Below, in pieces: positions 1 to 10,082 of a stretch of DNA of 62,660 bases. The translations under genes were made by a program, and so were the position numbers. Below the pieces are notes generated by a model. It saw nothing but the letters and a program-made list of their open reading frames with translations. It was not told the DNA's origin and did not search any database. Position 1 is the first letter of the stretch, and the number at the start of each line of letters is the position of its first letter. Source of the stretch: a virus (Duplodnaviria; Caudoviricetes); the IMG/VR virus record IMGVR_UViG_3300001918_000027, positions 1-62,660 of that record; one strand, 5' to 3'.

Positions 1-1080
1 ATGGACTTCAAAGACATTATTAAACAATTAAGCGACAGATTTCAAAAATCTAAGGACCTCGTCAAAACAGAAGAGGCAACAAAACACTCCTTAATCATGC
101 CATTCATCCAAGCTTTGGGTTATGATGTATTTAACCCTTTGGAGGTAGTACCTGAGTTTGTAGCTGATTTGGGTATAAAAACTGGCGAAAAAGTGGACTA
201 TGCAATTCTCAACAATGGCGACCCCGTTATTTTGATAGAATGCAAGCACTGGAGCGCTGACTTAAATCCTCATAACTCTCAATTGTTCAGGTATTACCAT
301 ACCACTAAGGCAAAATTCGGTTTGTTAACCAATGGATTTGAGTATCGATTCTATGCTGACTTGGTCGAGCCCAACAAAATGGACGAAAAGCCCTTTTTCG
401 TTTTCCAAATCAACGACCCAAAAGACAACCAAATTGAAGAATTAAAAAAGTTTCATAAAGCTTATTACGACTTTGAAACAATTGTAAATACAGCTAGTGA
501 ACTAAAATACATAAGCGAATTAAAACAATTGATTCACAATGAAATCAATAACCCATCGCCTGAATTTGTTAGGTATTTTGGCAAGCAAGTCTATCCCAGT
601 GTAATGACGCAAAAAGTACTAGACCAATTCACCTCTTTGGTTAGAAAAACTTTCAGCCACTACATTAATGACCTAATAACAGATAGATTGAAGTCTGCAT
701 TGAGTAAAGATGAACAAACTAAGCTCGAGGCTGCCGCTATTGAAAATGCTAGCATTGAGTCGGACCAATCTGAAAGCAAGATTGTTACTACCGTCGAAGA
801 AATGGAAGCATACCAGATTGTTCGATCTATAATTAGGAAGGTTATTCCTGTAGACAGGGTTTTTTATCGAGATGCACAAAGTTATTTTTCGATACTTGCT
901 GATGACAATAACAGGAAACCTATTTGCAGACTATATTTAAACTCGCAAACCAAAAAATACATTGGAGTCTTTGACGAAAACAGAGTAGAGAAAAAATTTG
1001 AAATAAAGGTTTTAGATGACATTTTTCAATACTCAGACAATTTAATCAAAACAAGCGAAAAGTTCAATGCGGAAAGCTAA
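1..1080 (+). CDS. HsdR N-terminal-like PD-(D/E)xK nuclease domain protein (prophage-associated)
   Basis: EEATK..LIMPF..LGYDVFNP.EV.PE, VDYAI...ILIECK, LLTNG motifs. Confidence 0.8.
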   Translation: MDFKDIIKQLSDRFQKSKDLVKTEEATKHSLIMPFIQALGYDVFNPLEVVPEFVADLGIKTGEKVDYAILNNGDPVILIECKHWSADLNPHNSQLFRYYHTTKAKFGLLTNGFEYRFYADLVEPNKMDEKPFFVFQINDPKDNQIEELKKFHKAYYDFETIVNTASELKYISELKQLIHNEINNPSPEFVRYFGKQVYPSVMTQKVLDQFTSLVRKTFSHYINDLITDRLKSALSKDEQTKLEAAAIENASIESDQSESKIVTTVEEMEAYQIVRSIIRKVIPVDRVFYRDAQSYFSILADDNNRKPICRLYLNSQTKKYIGVFDENRVEKKFEIKVLDDIFQYSDNLIKTSEKFNAES

Positions 1081-1083
1081 ATC

Positions 1084-1118
1084 AAAAACCCCCAGCATAG
1101 ACATGCCGGGGGTTTTTT
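1084..1118. terminator. Bidirectional intrinsic terminator
   Basis: AAAAACCCCCAGCAT-agac-ATGCCGGGGGTTTTTT between convergent genes. Confidence 0.8.
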
Positions 1119-1231
1119 AACCAAAACTAACTGCAAAAAATTTACCTGAAGCTGACTTCAATCCGGAATTCGATATCGACCTGTGCCGGGCAATCGCCAC
1201 CATAATATGGCTGATTGACGAAGGCGAACCA

Positions 1232-2632
1232 TCATATAAACGCCCCGATGGTCCAAGGTACCGTTTGCTCTTTAGTTACAACACTTGGAGGTGTTGATGC
1301 ATCGCCCCAATTAGCAGACAACATACCCAAACTATTTACTAAAGTAGCTCCAGAACCTATGCCAGGGCTACCGGATTGCAACCTCAGATCTGTAGGTACA
1401 GTTACAAAAAGAGGGTTGCCAGCAATTATATTTGTGTTGCTAAATGTACCTCCGTTTTGATTGATATTCACCGTTGTATTTCCGAATGTATTGCAATGGC
1501 TAAAAGTTACTATGCCACTTGCTCCATTTGGATTTACACACAAATTGAGTAATGAGAAAATCGTATTTCTAACATTTATTCTACCTTCTGCTTGAATTCC
1601 TCTGCCTACATTTGAGTTCCCAATGAATGTACAATTATTAATTGTTGATGTGCCAGTACCTGTGGTTCTAACAGAATAAACATTTGTTGAGCCCATGTGC
1701 CTAAATGTACAGTAATCCAAGTTAAATACTCCATTGTTGCTATTCTGTATTTTGACTGTCAGATTCATCTCGAAGTAGCAGCGTTGTATCTGTACTTTTG
1801 AAATATCAGTTGCAAAAGTTCCGATAAAACTGTTATTCAAATAACTACAATCAGATACTACAATGCTTCCTATGCTTGATATTCTTGTTTCCCCAGAAAT
1901 CATTACACAATTATTTAGCTTAGTAGCTACTGCGCTATTAGCTATAACTTGTGACCTTAAGAAACAGCGGTTTACAGTAAAATCCGATGAATCATCGGCC
2001 TTTACATCAATTACATTATTCAAGAAATTACAATCGTTGATCGTGCAAACACCAGTGCTGATTGCATTAACGCCTTGGTCATTATTTTGAAAGGTGCAAT
2101 TATTTGCTATAACTACGGTTGCAGTATCGTGCAGGCTTATGCCGTCATCGAATCCATTTTGGAAGGTGCAATTATTGTATGTAACTTGGCAATAAGTGCC
2201 TTGGTTTTGAACAGTTTGATTGGTGCTTGTATCAAAAATGCAACCATCATACACAATGCTAGATACAGTTTGGTTCATAGCGCATTCAGATAGTCCATTA
2301 CGCATTGTAAGTCCAACTACTGTAACATTGTTTCGATTAATTACATTCAGGCAACGCCTTAATGATTGCGCATTTATTGTACCTGCTTGAGCAGGATGGT
2401 TTCCCACAATTTGTAGTCCATCTTGAGTTACATCTAGTAGTTGTAAGTGCTCTCCACACACAGCCAGCTTTGCGCCTTGGCTGACTACCAATGCCTGATT
2501 TACAGCAGCAAACCCGCTCCAAGCGTTGGCATAGCTTGTGCCATCGCCTGTGCCGTAGGTGGTACCCGAAGGACGAACAAAGAAGAATCTTTCGGCCAAA
2601 GAATCGGAAATGAGTTTTTTACGATATGACAT
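1232..2632 (-). CDS. Right-handed parallel beta-helix protein (pectin-lyase-like; possible tailspike/depolymerase)
   Basis: Repeated (N/D)CxF.NN rungs, GDGTSYANAW N-terminal motif, DLRLQSGSPGIGSG C-terminal motif. Confidence 0.7.
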   Translation of the reverse strand: MSYRKKLISDSLAERFFFVRPSGTTYGTGDGTSYANAWSGFAAVNQALVVSQGAKLAVCGEHLQLLDVTQDGLQIVGNHPAQAGTINAQSLRRCLNVINRNNVTVVGLTMRNGLSECAMNQTVSSIVYDGCIFDTSTNQTVQNQGTYCQVTYNNCTFQNGFDDGISLHDTATVVIANNCTFQNNDQGVNAISTGVCTINDCNFLNNVIDVKADDSSDFTVNRCFLRSQVIANSAVATKLNNCVMISGETRISSIGSIVVSDCSYLNNSFIGTFATDISKVQIQRCYFEMNLTVKIQNSNNGVFNLDYCTFRHMGSTNVYSVRTTGTGTSTINNCTFIGNSNVGRGIQAEGRINVRNTIFSLLNLCVNPNGASGIVTFSHCNTFGNTTVNINQNGGTFSNTNIIAGNPLFVTVPTDLRLQSGSPGIGSGATLVNSLGMLSANWGDASTPPSVVTKEQTVPWTIGAFI

Positions 2633-2636
2633 TTTA

Positions 2637-3107
2637 TTACGATTCTTGTGTTATCCAATATTCAATTCTTGTAGGAGAACAGTATTCGGCATAAATTATA
2701 TTTAATTCATTATTCGCATATTCGACCGTTCCCAGCTTAACCCAATTCGTGGGCTCCACAAAAGTCAATCCTGTGTGGTATATTTTTTGAACTATCCCAA
2801 TTTTGGCATTAGTAAAATCTGTACTAATTGCTCCAGTTGCCGGTGTGCTAGGTGAATTATAAATTTTAGCAGAATCAAATGAAATTACTTCCCCTTGAAT
2901 TTGTTCGGTTTCAGGAATGGTACCTGGCTCTCCCTTAAGGCTATCAAGCCATTCCTCCTTAGTGCCTACAAACCCATTTTCAACTGCAATATCATAAGCA
3001 CTTTTTGAAACCGATTCGGCTATTGATTTGAGCCACTCCTCTTCGGTACCCTCAAACCCATTACTAACAGCTATGTTATAATTCCACCTGTACTTTATAA
3101 TATTCAT
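2637..3107 (-). CDS. Phage tail-fibre-associated protein
   Basis: Two copies of the (S)AYDIAVENGF.GT.EEWL.S motif common in fibre/collagen-like phage proteins. Confidence 0.6.
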   Translation of the reverse strand: MNIIKYRWNYNIAVSNGFEGTEEEWLKSIAESVSKSAYDIAVENGFVGTKEEWLDSLKGEPGTIPETEQIQGEVISFDSAKIYNSPSTPATGAISTDFTNAKIGIVQKIYHTGLTFVEPTNWVKLGTVEYANNELNIIYAEYCSPTRIEYWITQES

Positions 3108-3111
3108 AAAT

Positions 3112-3777
3112 TTAAATTTTTTCAGTTAAAAATCTGCTACTTACCCAGCCCACTATTTTTGTGTCACCTACCTGTACATAATGCCAGCCATTTGCATTGC
3201 CTAAAACCTGTACGACTGTGCCCCTTGCCAAAGCGGGTGCCACGGTTTTGAATTCAGTACCGGCACCTTCTCTTATATTTACCACGGCTGTTGTTTGCAG
3301 GTACGGTTTAGAAGCCTTACTCCTAAACCCGACTTCCTGAAGCCATTGTTTTACCGAAAACGAAGGGCAGGCCTTTAACCACTCAGAAGGCTCGATGACG
3401 CCGTTGCGGTTACGATCAGGAGAAAAATCGCGGTGGCCCTGGATGATGGCATTAGGGTATAAGTCATGCGCTTCTTCAACGAGCTCAAGCAAAGCCTTTC
3501 TTTGCTCAGGTGTTCGGGTATCATGTATTTGCCCATTGGCCAAAACGCCACCGGTATAGGCTATGTGGACGCATTGCCGATTAAATCCCTCTACTCCATT
3601 AGTTATGGAAGCCCACTGAGCTAAGACATGCTTATTGCCATTTGCGGAAACAAGCCTGTGATAGCCTGGATGAGTCCAACGCATAACCCTTCGCCAATGC
3701 TCCCTGATGGAAGCCACGCTTTGGCTCTTGGGGCCACCGGTGCAATGAATCACGATGAAGTTAACCTGCCTTGCCAT
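3112..3777 (-). CDS. Endolysin: N-acetylmuramoyl-L-alanine amidase (T7 lysozyme-like) with C-terminal SH3b domain
   Basis: IVIHCT, GYH, GHRDFSPD, KACPSF Zn-amidase motifs; VNIREGAGT...GWVSSRFL SH3b. Confidence 0.92.
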   Translation of the reverse strand: MARQVNFIVIHCTGGPKSQSVASIREHWRRVMRWTHPGYHRLVSANGNKHVLAQWASITNGVEGFNRQCVHIAYTGGVLANGQIHDTRTPEQRKALLELVEEAHDLYPNAIIQGHRDFSPDRNRNGVIEPSEWLKACPSFSVKQWLQEVGFRSKASKPYLQTTAVVNIREGAGTEFKTVAPALARGTVVQVLGNANGWHYVQVGDTKIVGWVSSRFLTEKI

Positions 3778-4225
3778 TTTTAAAACCTAGTTTTAATTGA
3801 GGTAAAAACAAACCCAGTACCAAGCCCAGGGCAGCAACACCGATGAGGTGCCAAAAAGAAAAGCCCTCCACACTTTCTTGCTTATCTTTTTCCTTAAGCA
3901 TTTCGGCAATGGCCACAATGGCTTGCCTGGCTGCGCTGTCTACAGTATTGCTCTGCTTACTTTCGGCCTTACTGCCTCGTTCATAAATTCGCTCAACCGG
4001 AAAGTTGAAAACGTTTGTATCTCCAGGTATTACAACCGGCTTAAACCTTTCAATGAGGCGCTCAAAATCTAAGCTACTGTTTTGCGAAACATTTGTCTTC
4101 CGAACCCCAATGCTGTCGACCTGCTGCAGTCCCTGCTTTTCACTTTCTGACTTCTTTACATCTTTGGACAAGCTGCAAGAAATCAGGAGTAATAGCAGAA
4201 TAAATAATTTACAATTTCGGAGCAT
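3761..4225 (-). CDS. Putative unimolecular spanin
   Basis: N-terminal lipobox LLISC plus C-terminal hydrophobic segment; lies between holin and endolysin. Confidence 0.7.
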   Translation of the reverse strand: MLRNCKLFILLLLLISCSLSKDVKKSESEKQGLQQVDSIGVRKTNVSQNSSLDFERLIERFKPVVIPGDTNVFNFPVERIYERGSKAESKQSNTVDSAARQAIVAIAEMLKEKDKQESVEGFSFWHLIGVAALGLVLGLFLPQLKLGFKNGKAG

Positions 4226-4640
4226 AGCCTTTGAGTTTTAAAATGAGTACATTATGCAATGGCTTCACCAAATATTTTACAACATCATTACTGGGGTGTG
4301 CCTCTATAATGTTTTCCAAAATACTTTTGAACTCGATATACATCGACATCAATAAGATCACATTTAGTAAATTATCCAAGGCTGTGTTAACTATGCCTGT
4401 ATTAGGTACGCCGGGCTTTGCAACATTGGCTATTACGAAAACCGCACTCAAAAAGGAGAAATACATGGTCCCCTTATTAATGGTCATCCTGAAGCCGTTG
4501 CTGCTGGTAGCAATCCGTTTCTTACTTGATTTATGTACACCGGTAATGAGGTCGATAACCATGAGGAAAAATAGCCCAAGTACAAGCCGGCCGTCGGGAT
4601 AAATAATGTTCTGAATTAAACTATACAAATACTCTTTCAT
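4209..4640 (-). CDS. Phage holin (holin_4-like)
   Basis: Three hydrophobic segments, DLITG..K and E..SI.EN motifs. Confidence 0.85.
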   Translation of the reverse strand: MKEYLYSLIQNIIYPDGRLVLGLFFLMVIDLITGVHKSSKKRIATSSNGFRMTINKGTMYFSFLSAVFVIANVAKPGVPNTGIVNTALDNLLNVILLMSMYIEFKSILENIIEAHPSNDVVKYLVKPLHNVLILKLKGYAPKL

Positions 4641-4685
4641 TGTAAAGATTTAAAAAAAGTGAATTTTCTGACTAAGAATTAATCA

Positions 4686-6305
4686 TCAATACCTATACTC
4701 CACTTCTCCATATTTTATTGGCTGCCCCGCATTTTCATTATCATTATTCCATCCTAAGATACTATTTAGGTAACGGTCAACCCAAGCAAAATAGTAAGGA
4801 ACTCTATTTTTAGGCAACTTTTTTAAGTCGTAAAAATTTGTTGTAACGTAACTTTCGGGGTAATTATTTATTGGGCTCATAGGGTTGCTGCTACCTACTT
4901 TAAGATGTGCAATTGAGGCATTAACCCCGGATTTTAAATCTAAATGATTTACTTCCATTACGTGAAAAGGCAATACACCCAGCTTACTAAAGGTAGGGTT
5001 ATAAAACCATGTATTTGCGTTTCCTGTAGGTTTTACAAAAGAAAAATTGCATCGGTAAACTATAGTACTATCATCTATCGAAGAGCTATTGTTATTGTCA
5101 TAACAACCTAGCATATAAATGCTAGTGTCTAAAACTGCAAATCTTATGTTTAAACTACCTAGAGAATTGTAATTAAATAAACCGTCTTGCCAAAAAGCAG
5201 TATCTGTGCCGGAATGCCTTTTATTAAAACTTACATACTCTTTTCCAGATGCTTGTTGAGACACTAAAGCAGTAATAGAGTAAAAACCAGAAGCATTATC
5301 ACCAAGGTTTCCTAAGTAAAAAGATTCCAAACTCCCTGAATAAAATCGTTTCTGTAAATCTATGACAGCGGAAGAACGAAATTCCTCTAATAAAGCACCT
5401 GTAGCAGAGGCAATGGAAATCATATTAATTTTAGAAAAAACATCTCTTGTAGATGTAGTACGTATTGTGTTTGAGCTACCTTGTGTTGTTGCGGAATCCC
5501 CGCAATACATGAAATACCCTAAGTATTCATTTATTTGCCCAAGTATATAAACATCAGAAAATTTAGTATTCTCCCTGACAGGAACTTCGGGAGAAGCTAC
5601 AAAATCTAAACTAGAATTATTGATGTAAAACATGACATACCTAGCATACCATGATCTAACATCATCAACATCAACTGCATAATTAAACAAAACACCATTT
5701 CCGACTTTATACACATCATTCATAGGTATTTTATCAGAAAGAATAGCGGTTCTCAAATTATCGGCATCAATTACAGTATTATAGTCCAAAGTATATTGCC
5801 ACCCATTGGAATAGTAAGTTGGTGGAAAGATAAAATACCCTCTTTGGGTTTGATTACTGATAAAAATAGAATGTAGTGGGGTCTGAGTAAAATAATCTGC
5901 CGAGCCAGAATTTATAGATAAATTGTAACGATAGGGAGGTTCATCCCAATTCATAAAATAAGTAATGCCGTACCTTAAAGTATCAACAGGCTTAAAAAAA
6001 GAAGTGGTTTTTAAGTTATTGGAACCTAATTGATTAGGGACATTCGTAGTAGATTGAGCTGCATTAACCCTTACCCAATTTGTATTATTAAAATTTCTTA
6101 CCCACACACCACTATCTGCCCCGCTGTGCACAAGGATTAAATTACCTGGTCTGCTACCTGCAGCTGTTGCATTACTCAGGCTCGAATAACGAGGTATTTG
6201 ATTGACTGTTACGGTGTTAAGCCTATCGATTTGAACAAACTGTGTGCTTGCAATAGATGCAAGAAATAAAGCCGTAAATAGTGTGAAAATCTTTCTAATA
6301 TTCAT
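4686..6305 (-). CDS. Hypothetical AT-rich protein with Sec-type signal peptide
   Basis: MNIRKIFTLFTALFLASIAS-TQ N-terminus; ATGA-coupled to upstream gene. Confidence 0.6.
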   Translation of the reverse strand: MNIRKIFTLFTALFLASIASTQFVQIDRLNTVTVNQIPRYSSLSNATAAGSRPGNLILVHSGADSGVWVRNFNNTNWVRVNAAQSTTNVPNQLGSNNLKTTSFFKPVDTLRYGITYFMNWDEPPYRYNLSINSGSADYFTQTPLHSIFISNQTQRGYFIFPPTYYSNGWQYTLDYNTVIDADNLRTAILSDKIPMNDVYKVGNGVLFNYAVDVDDVRSWYARYVMFYINNSSLDFVASPEVPVRENTKFSDVYILGQINEYLGYFMYCGDSATTQGSSNTIRTTSTRDVFSKINMISIASATGALLEEFRSSAVIDLQKRFYSGSLESFYLGNLGDNASGFYSITALVSQQASGKEYVSFNKRHSGTDTAFWQDGLFNYNSLGSLNIRFAVLDTSIYMLGCYDNNNSSSIDDSTIVYRCNFSFVKPTGNANTWFYNPTFSKLGVLPFHVMEVNHLDLKSGVNASIAHLKVGSSNPMSPINNYPESYVTTNFYDLKKLPKNRVPYYFAWVDRYLNSILGWNNDNENAGQPIKYGEVEYRY

Positions 6306-6778
6306 TTGTAAAAAATTTTAAAACCTAGATTTGAAATTATTCCAGTTACATTAATTGTAGTTGCCTCGGGATAGTACCTCGTAAACATTAAATACCTGAC
6401 ATCATCAATATTCCAATCAGTAATTAAGCCCTGAAATGTGACCGTCATTGCGGTTCCCTGGGTAATGGCTATGGCTTCAATAACTGTGTTTGCCGGTATG
6501 GTTATGGTACCATTTGCAGTAAGCAAAAAATCACGCTGGCCACTGAGTTGATAACCTGTTGAGGTCTGATGATTTTCATTGAATTCATAGGTTCTGAGGA
6601 AGCCGTTTTCCTTAACCCTGAATTGCAGTCCCTCGCACCTATACGCTGCCGGTATGGCGGCAAGAGCTGCTGCCACACTTGCATAAGGCACGCTGCGGCC
6701 CGCCTCCAGCTTACCGGCCCTTAAGTCGGCATACCTGGGGGTATTAAAACCAAAACCATCATTTACCTCTATTGCCAT
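6302..6778 (-). CDS. Putative virion accessory/fibre-associated protein
   Basis: Position in late operon; D.R...A.AAIPAAYR..GL motif. Confidence 0.5.
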   Translation of the reverse strand: MAIEVNDGFGFNTPRYADLRAGKLEAGRSVPYASVAAALAAIPAAYRCEGLQFRVKENGFLRTYEFNENHQTSTGYQLSGQRDFLLTANGTITIPANTVIEAIAITQGTAMTVTFQGLITDWNIDDVRYLMFTRYYPEATTINVTGIISNLGFKIFYK

Positions 6779-6788
6779 ATACTCCTCC

Positions 6789-7484
6789 TTAGCTTACCCT
6801 GAATTCAATTACTGTTTGTGTTTGCTGCGTGGCAAATGTGCTCATGTACACATTGTAGGTAATGCCACTTTGATTTACAGTACCACGGTACCGAAAAGCC
6901 TCGCTATCATTAGTAAGGCTTATGTTGCCCTGATTAATTACAGAGCCAAACCATTTAGTCTTTAATGGCTGCGCAATGGGCTCAAGCATGTAAAGCCATT
7001 TGGGCTGATTATTGGCCCGATAGTCGGCTACAACTGTGGCACCACTTGCAAAGCTGCCATTGCCCTGTGCACTACCAATGAGGGAAGATCCAACACTGTT
7101 GTCATCAGCCCAGCCCCAATAGGCGGTAAATGCCGGTGGCGCTGCCGTCGTTGCGCTGTCCGGTGTCCATGGGCTATCGGTGGCACCTGCAGCCACGCCC
7201 TTGTACCGGGCATAATAAAGTGTGCCGGGGTTTAGGCCTGTAACCTGAAATGAAAGCAGCGGGCCACTATAGGCCAACGTAGGCGATGTAAACCCGGGAT
7301 TGGTTGATACCTCGAGCACGTAAGAACTCGCGCCAGGAATGGCGGCCCAGCCCCAGGTAATCGCATTACCCGTGGTTGCGGTTTCCGCAAGGCTGGCACC
7401 GGCAGGCAATTGCGGTACAGAGGGAAATTCCTCGGGCCCGCATACACAATATTTTCCAAAATGAGCTTCGTGATTAGTTGACAT
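6789..7484 (-). CDS. Fibronectin type III domain virion protein
   Basis: W...GASSYVLEVS...VTGLNPGTLYYAR FN3 signature. Confidence 0.75.
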   Translation of the reverse strand: MSTNHEAHFGKYCVCGPEEFPSVPQLPAGASLAETATTGNAITWGWAAIPGASSYVLEVSTNPGFTSPTLAYSGPLLSFQVTGLNPGTLYYARYKGVAAGATDSPWTPDSATTAAPPAFTAYWGWADDNSVGSSLIGSAQGNGSFASGATVVADYRANNQPKWLYMLEPIAQPLKTKWFGSVINQGNISLTNDSEAFRYRGTVNQSGITYNVYMSTFATQQTQTVIEFRVS

Positions 7485-7487
7485 CGG

Positions 7488-7748
7488 TTACCATTTACTA
7501 AGTGGACAATTCTCAGCAGCTACAATTGCTTTTTGATAACAAGGACAGCTGCAGAGCTTACAATAGATTTGGGTTTCGTAATGACCTTGGCCATTGATTA
7601 CCTCCAGGGCTTTATGACTTTTACTTTCCGGGCAGGATTTACATTTTTCCAGTCGAAGATCAGCCATTTTTTTCTCAGCCATTGAAGTTGGCAACCAACC
7701 CAAGCGCTTACCCCAGCCAATGAAAATATGATTCAGTTTTTTCAACAT
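7488..7748 (-). CDS. Small Cys-rich phage protein
   Basis: RL..C..CP...C..CSC..K......CP..KW pattern. Confidence 0.65.
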   Translation of the reverse strand: MLKKLNHIFIGWGKRLGWLPTSMAEKKMADLRLEKCKSCPESKSHKALEVINGQGHYETQIYCKLCSCPCYQKAIVAAENCPLSKW

Positions 7749-8410
7749 CCGCAGCCCTCCTTTTCATCATCGTCATATATACCTAAAACAAAATCGGTTT
7801 TTCTTTTATAGGCCACGCCCTTGGAATCGCAATCACATTCTTTGTCATAAAGTGGGTAATCCGCTTTACGCTTGCAGATCCAACGATGCATTGCTTCAAT
7901 CAGGGGGTCGATTCTGTCCTGCATCTTTTTATCCATTGCCCAACGCACGGCTTTGAGCTCAGGGGTTACAACGTTTGAGCTTGTCATTACACCGGCCGTA
8001 GGGCTAGTATGTACGACGCCCTCGGCACCGAATTGAACAAAGCCTTCAGGCATTGCCAAAAGCATGACGCACTCCGCCGTGAGCTTCCATAGATGCATTT
8101 TCCAAAGCAAAAGATTTGCGGCACTGAGGCCTGTCATCGTATTGGCAATATCGCCAACTTGAAAAACCGGGTTGTTGCCTGCGGCCTCCTGTATTTGGTC
8201 AATATTGGCTTCTGTTACGTCAACATTTTTTTGCTCAAGAAGGCTTTCGTAAAACTCATAACCCAGGGCTTGTGCAACGAATCGTTCCTCGGCAACAATT
8301 ATGCTTTGCTCAATCGAACGAGTGTCGAAATCATGCTTTGTACTGGCATGGAAACAGACCTCAGGGGCTGTAATCAAAACCGGCCGCATTAAGTTGTTGA
8401 TGTTATACAT
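7742..8410 (-). CDS. Putative head-tail adaptor/connector
   Basis: Immediately downstream of portal; start taken at ATG 8410. Confidence 0.55.
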   Translation of the reverse strand: MYNINNLMRPVLITAPEVCFHASTKHDFDTRSIEQSIIVAEERFVAQALGYEFYESLLEQKNVDVTEANIDQIQEAAGNNPVFQVGDIANTMTGLSAANLLLWKMHLWKLTAECVMLLAMPEGFVQFGAEGVVHTSPTAGVMTSSNVVTPELKAVRWAMDKKMQDRIDPLIEAMHRWICKRKADYPLYDKECDCDSKGVAYKRKTDFVLGIYDDDEKEGCGC

Positions 8411-9794
8411 CCGGACCTCCTTCTTTGCTTTGCTGGCTGGCTTTTGCCGCACTCATGTAAACACCTTCTTTGCTGGGATCAGTTGGTAAGCCCTTAGCCT
8501 CTCGTACTTCGTTTACCTGAACCGCTGGCGTGATATCAACATCGGTTAAGCCGCTGATATCAATGCTGTTTTTAATACCGAGTTCGTATTTATCAAAGCC
8601 CAGGCCGGTCCATTTCTGACACTCGTAAAAAATGTCATTCCAAACATTTTGCATGACGTCCTCCTGGGCAGGCCTGATTACGGTGTTCAACTTCAGCTCA
8701 ATAATCTTTGTAACAAAGCCCGAACCCTTACCCAAGGTGCTGGCATTGACTAAACCGGCAAGCACGGCATCCCATTCATTAGCCAGGATGATTTTTTGCA
8801 TCCATTTGTCATCGGCCTCTATGAAACTGCCATCCTTTTGTGTATCGAAGGAATGAAAGCTGCTGCTGTCTATGCCTTCTTCACTGGCTACAACAGCAAC
8901 ACGGCCTCGTTTACCATCACCGGTATGGGTGTTGATGATTTGCTTTGCAATACGATTGGCTTCGGTTTGGCCTACCTGCCCCTTTAAGGCCAGCATACCA
9001 CCGATTACCATGTTGTTGTCAAAGTTGTCAAGGTCATAGCGAGCACCCTTGTATTCCAGTATTTGGTAAATCATACTGGCAACAGCGGAGGGTAAGCCGT
9101 AATGATCGAAGCCCGCTACGGGATTGCTGTACCAAATAATGGTGCGCTCAACATCGCCATCACGTAGCCAGTTGCTTTTCTCCTTATTGCCTGCGCGATA
9201 AATTGGAATTGGCTTAGCCTTAGCAAGTTGCTCACTGGTTGCAATCCCTTGCCTGCGAAATAACTTGCTGGAAATCGCCTCTGTTACATCGCCGTCCTCG
9301 TTTTCACTGCAGAGTCTCCACTCCAGGAAATTATGAACATAGACATAAAAGTATTTCTTACCACCAACTTTAAATCGAACTAATTCAATAGGCACATTAC
9401 CCCAGGTAAAAAAGGACTCAAATATTTTTTTATTCAAGCCCAAAGCCTTTTCACTCTTGCGGTTCATTTTTTTGAACCAGTCGACGATATCGACATCAAG
9501 CTCTCTGCCTTTGATATCGGCGAATCCCATCCCACTGCAGTAATCCTTTTTTGTAATGATACAGGCATTGTGAGTAGTGGATGCAAGCCGGGCCTCAAGT
9601 AATTGCTTGGCATAGTCATCGTCGGGGAAAAGGAAGGGTAAATACCGGTGGCCGCTAATGGTGGAATAACTCAAAGCATTTTCAAAAGGAACCGGGTTGC
9701 GGGCATCGATCTGCGCCACATTGGAAACACTATTTTTTTGGTGCTTCTGATTCGGATGATTCCTTTTGTTTTGTCTTGCCTTGGAGTTATTCAT
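8403..9794 (-). CDS. Portal protein
   Basis: 463 aa; S.TH.ACI..K, YGLP, NF.N.M, NEVRE..GLP portal motifs. Confidence 0.85.
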   Translation of the reverse strand: MNNSKARQNKRNHPNQKHQKNSVSNVAQIDARNPVPFENALSYSTISGHRYLPFLFPDDDYAKQLLEARLASTTHNACIITKKDYCSGMGFADIKGRELDVDIVDWFKKMNRKSEKALGLNKKIFESFFTWGNVPIELVRFKVGGKKYFYVYVHNFLEWRLCSENEDGDVTEAISSKLFRRQGIATSEQLAKAKPIPIYRAGNKEKSNWLRDGDVERTIIWYSNPVAGFDHYGLPSAVASMIYQILEYKGARYDLDNFDNNMVIGGMLALKGQVGQTEANRIAKQIINTHTGDGKRGRVAVVASEEGIDSSSFHSFDTQKDGSFIEADDKWMQKIILANEWDAVLAGLVNASTLGKGSGFVTKIIELKLNTVIRPAQEDVMQNVWNDIFYECQKWTGLGFDKYELGIKNSIDISGLTDVDITPAVQVNEVREAKGLPTDPSKEGVYMSAAKASQQSKEGGPDV

Positions 9795-9811
9795 TGCCGG
9801 GATGGATATAC

Positions 9812-10048
9812 TTACTTACTTTTTTGCTCTTGCCGCCTTTTCTGAATCTGGCCGTCTACTTTTTCCTTTACCAGGGTATCGGCATCGGGCAGATCGCCCT
9901 CAAACAGTTTAAGCAACGAGGCATCGCCACTCTGCTGTGCGATGATTGCGAGTTCGTCGATATCAGTACGCTCGCCCAAAGGCAAGGCGCTGCCATTGAA
10001 ACCAATGACAACGCCTCTGTACTCACTCCTTATTTTGGCTTTCGCCAT
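9812..10048 (-). CDS. Small hypothetical phage protein
   Basis: ORF from MAKAKIR in late operon. Confidence 0.55.
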   Translation of the reverse strand: MAKAKIRSEYRGVVIGFNGSALPLGERTDIDELAIIAQQSGDASLLKLFEGDLPDADTLVKEKVDGQIQKRRQEQKSK

Positions 10049-10082
10049 AGCTATAAAAATTATGAGTTTGGAAAAAAAATGA

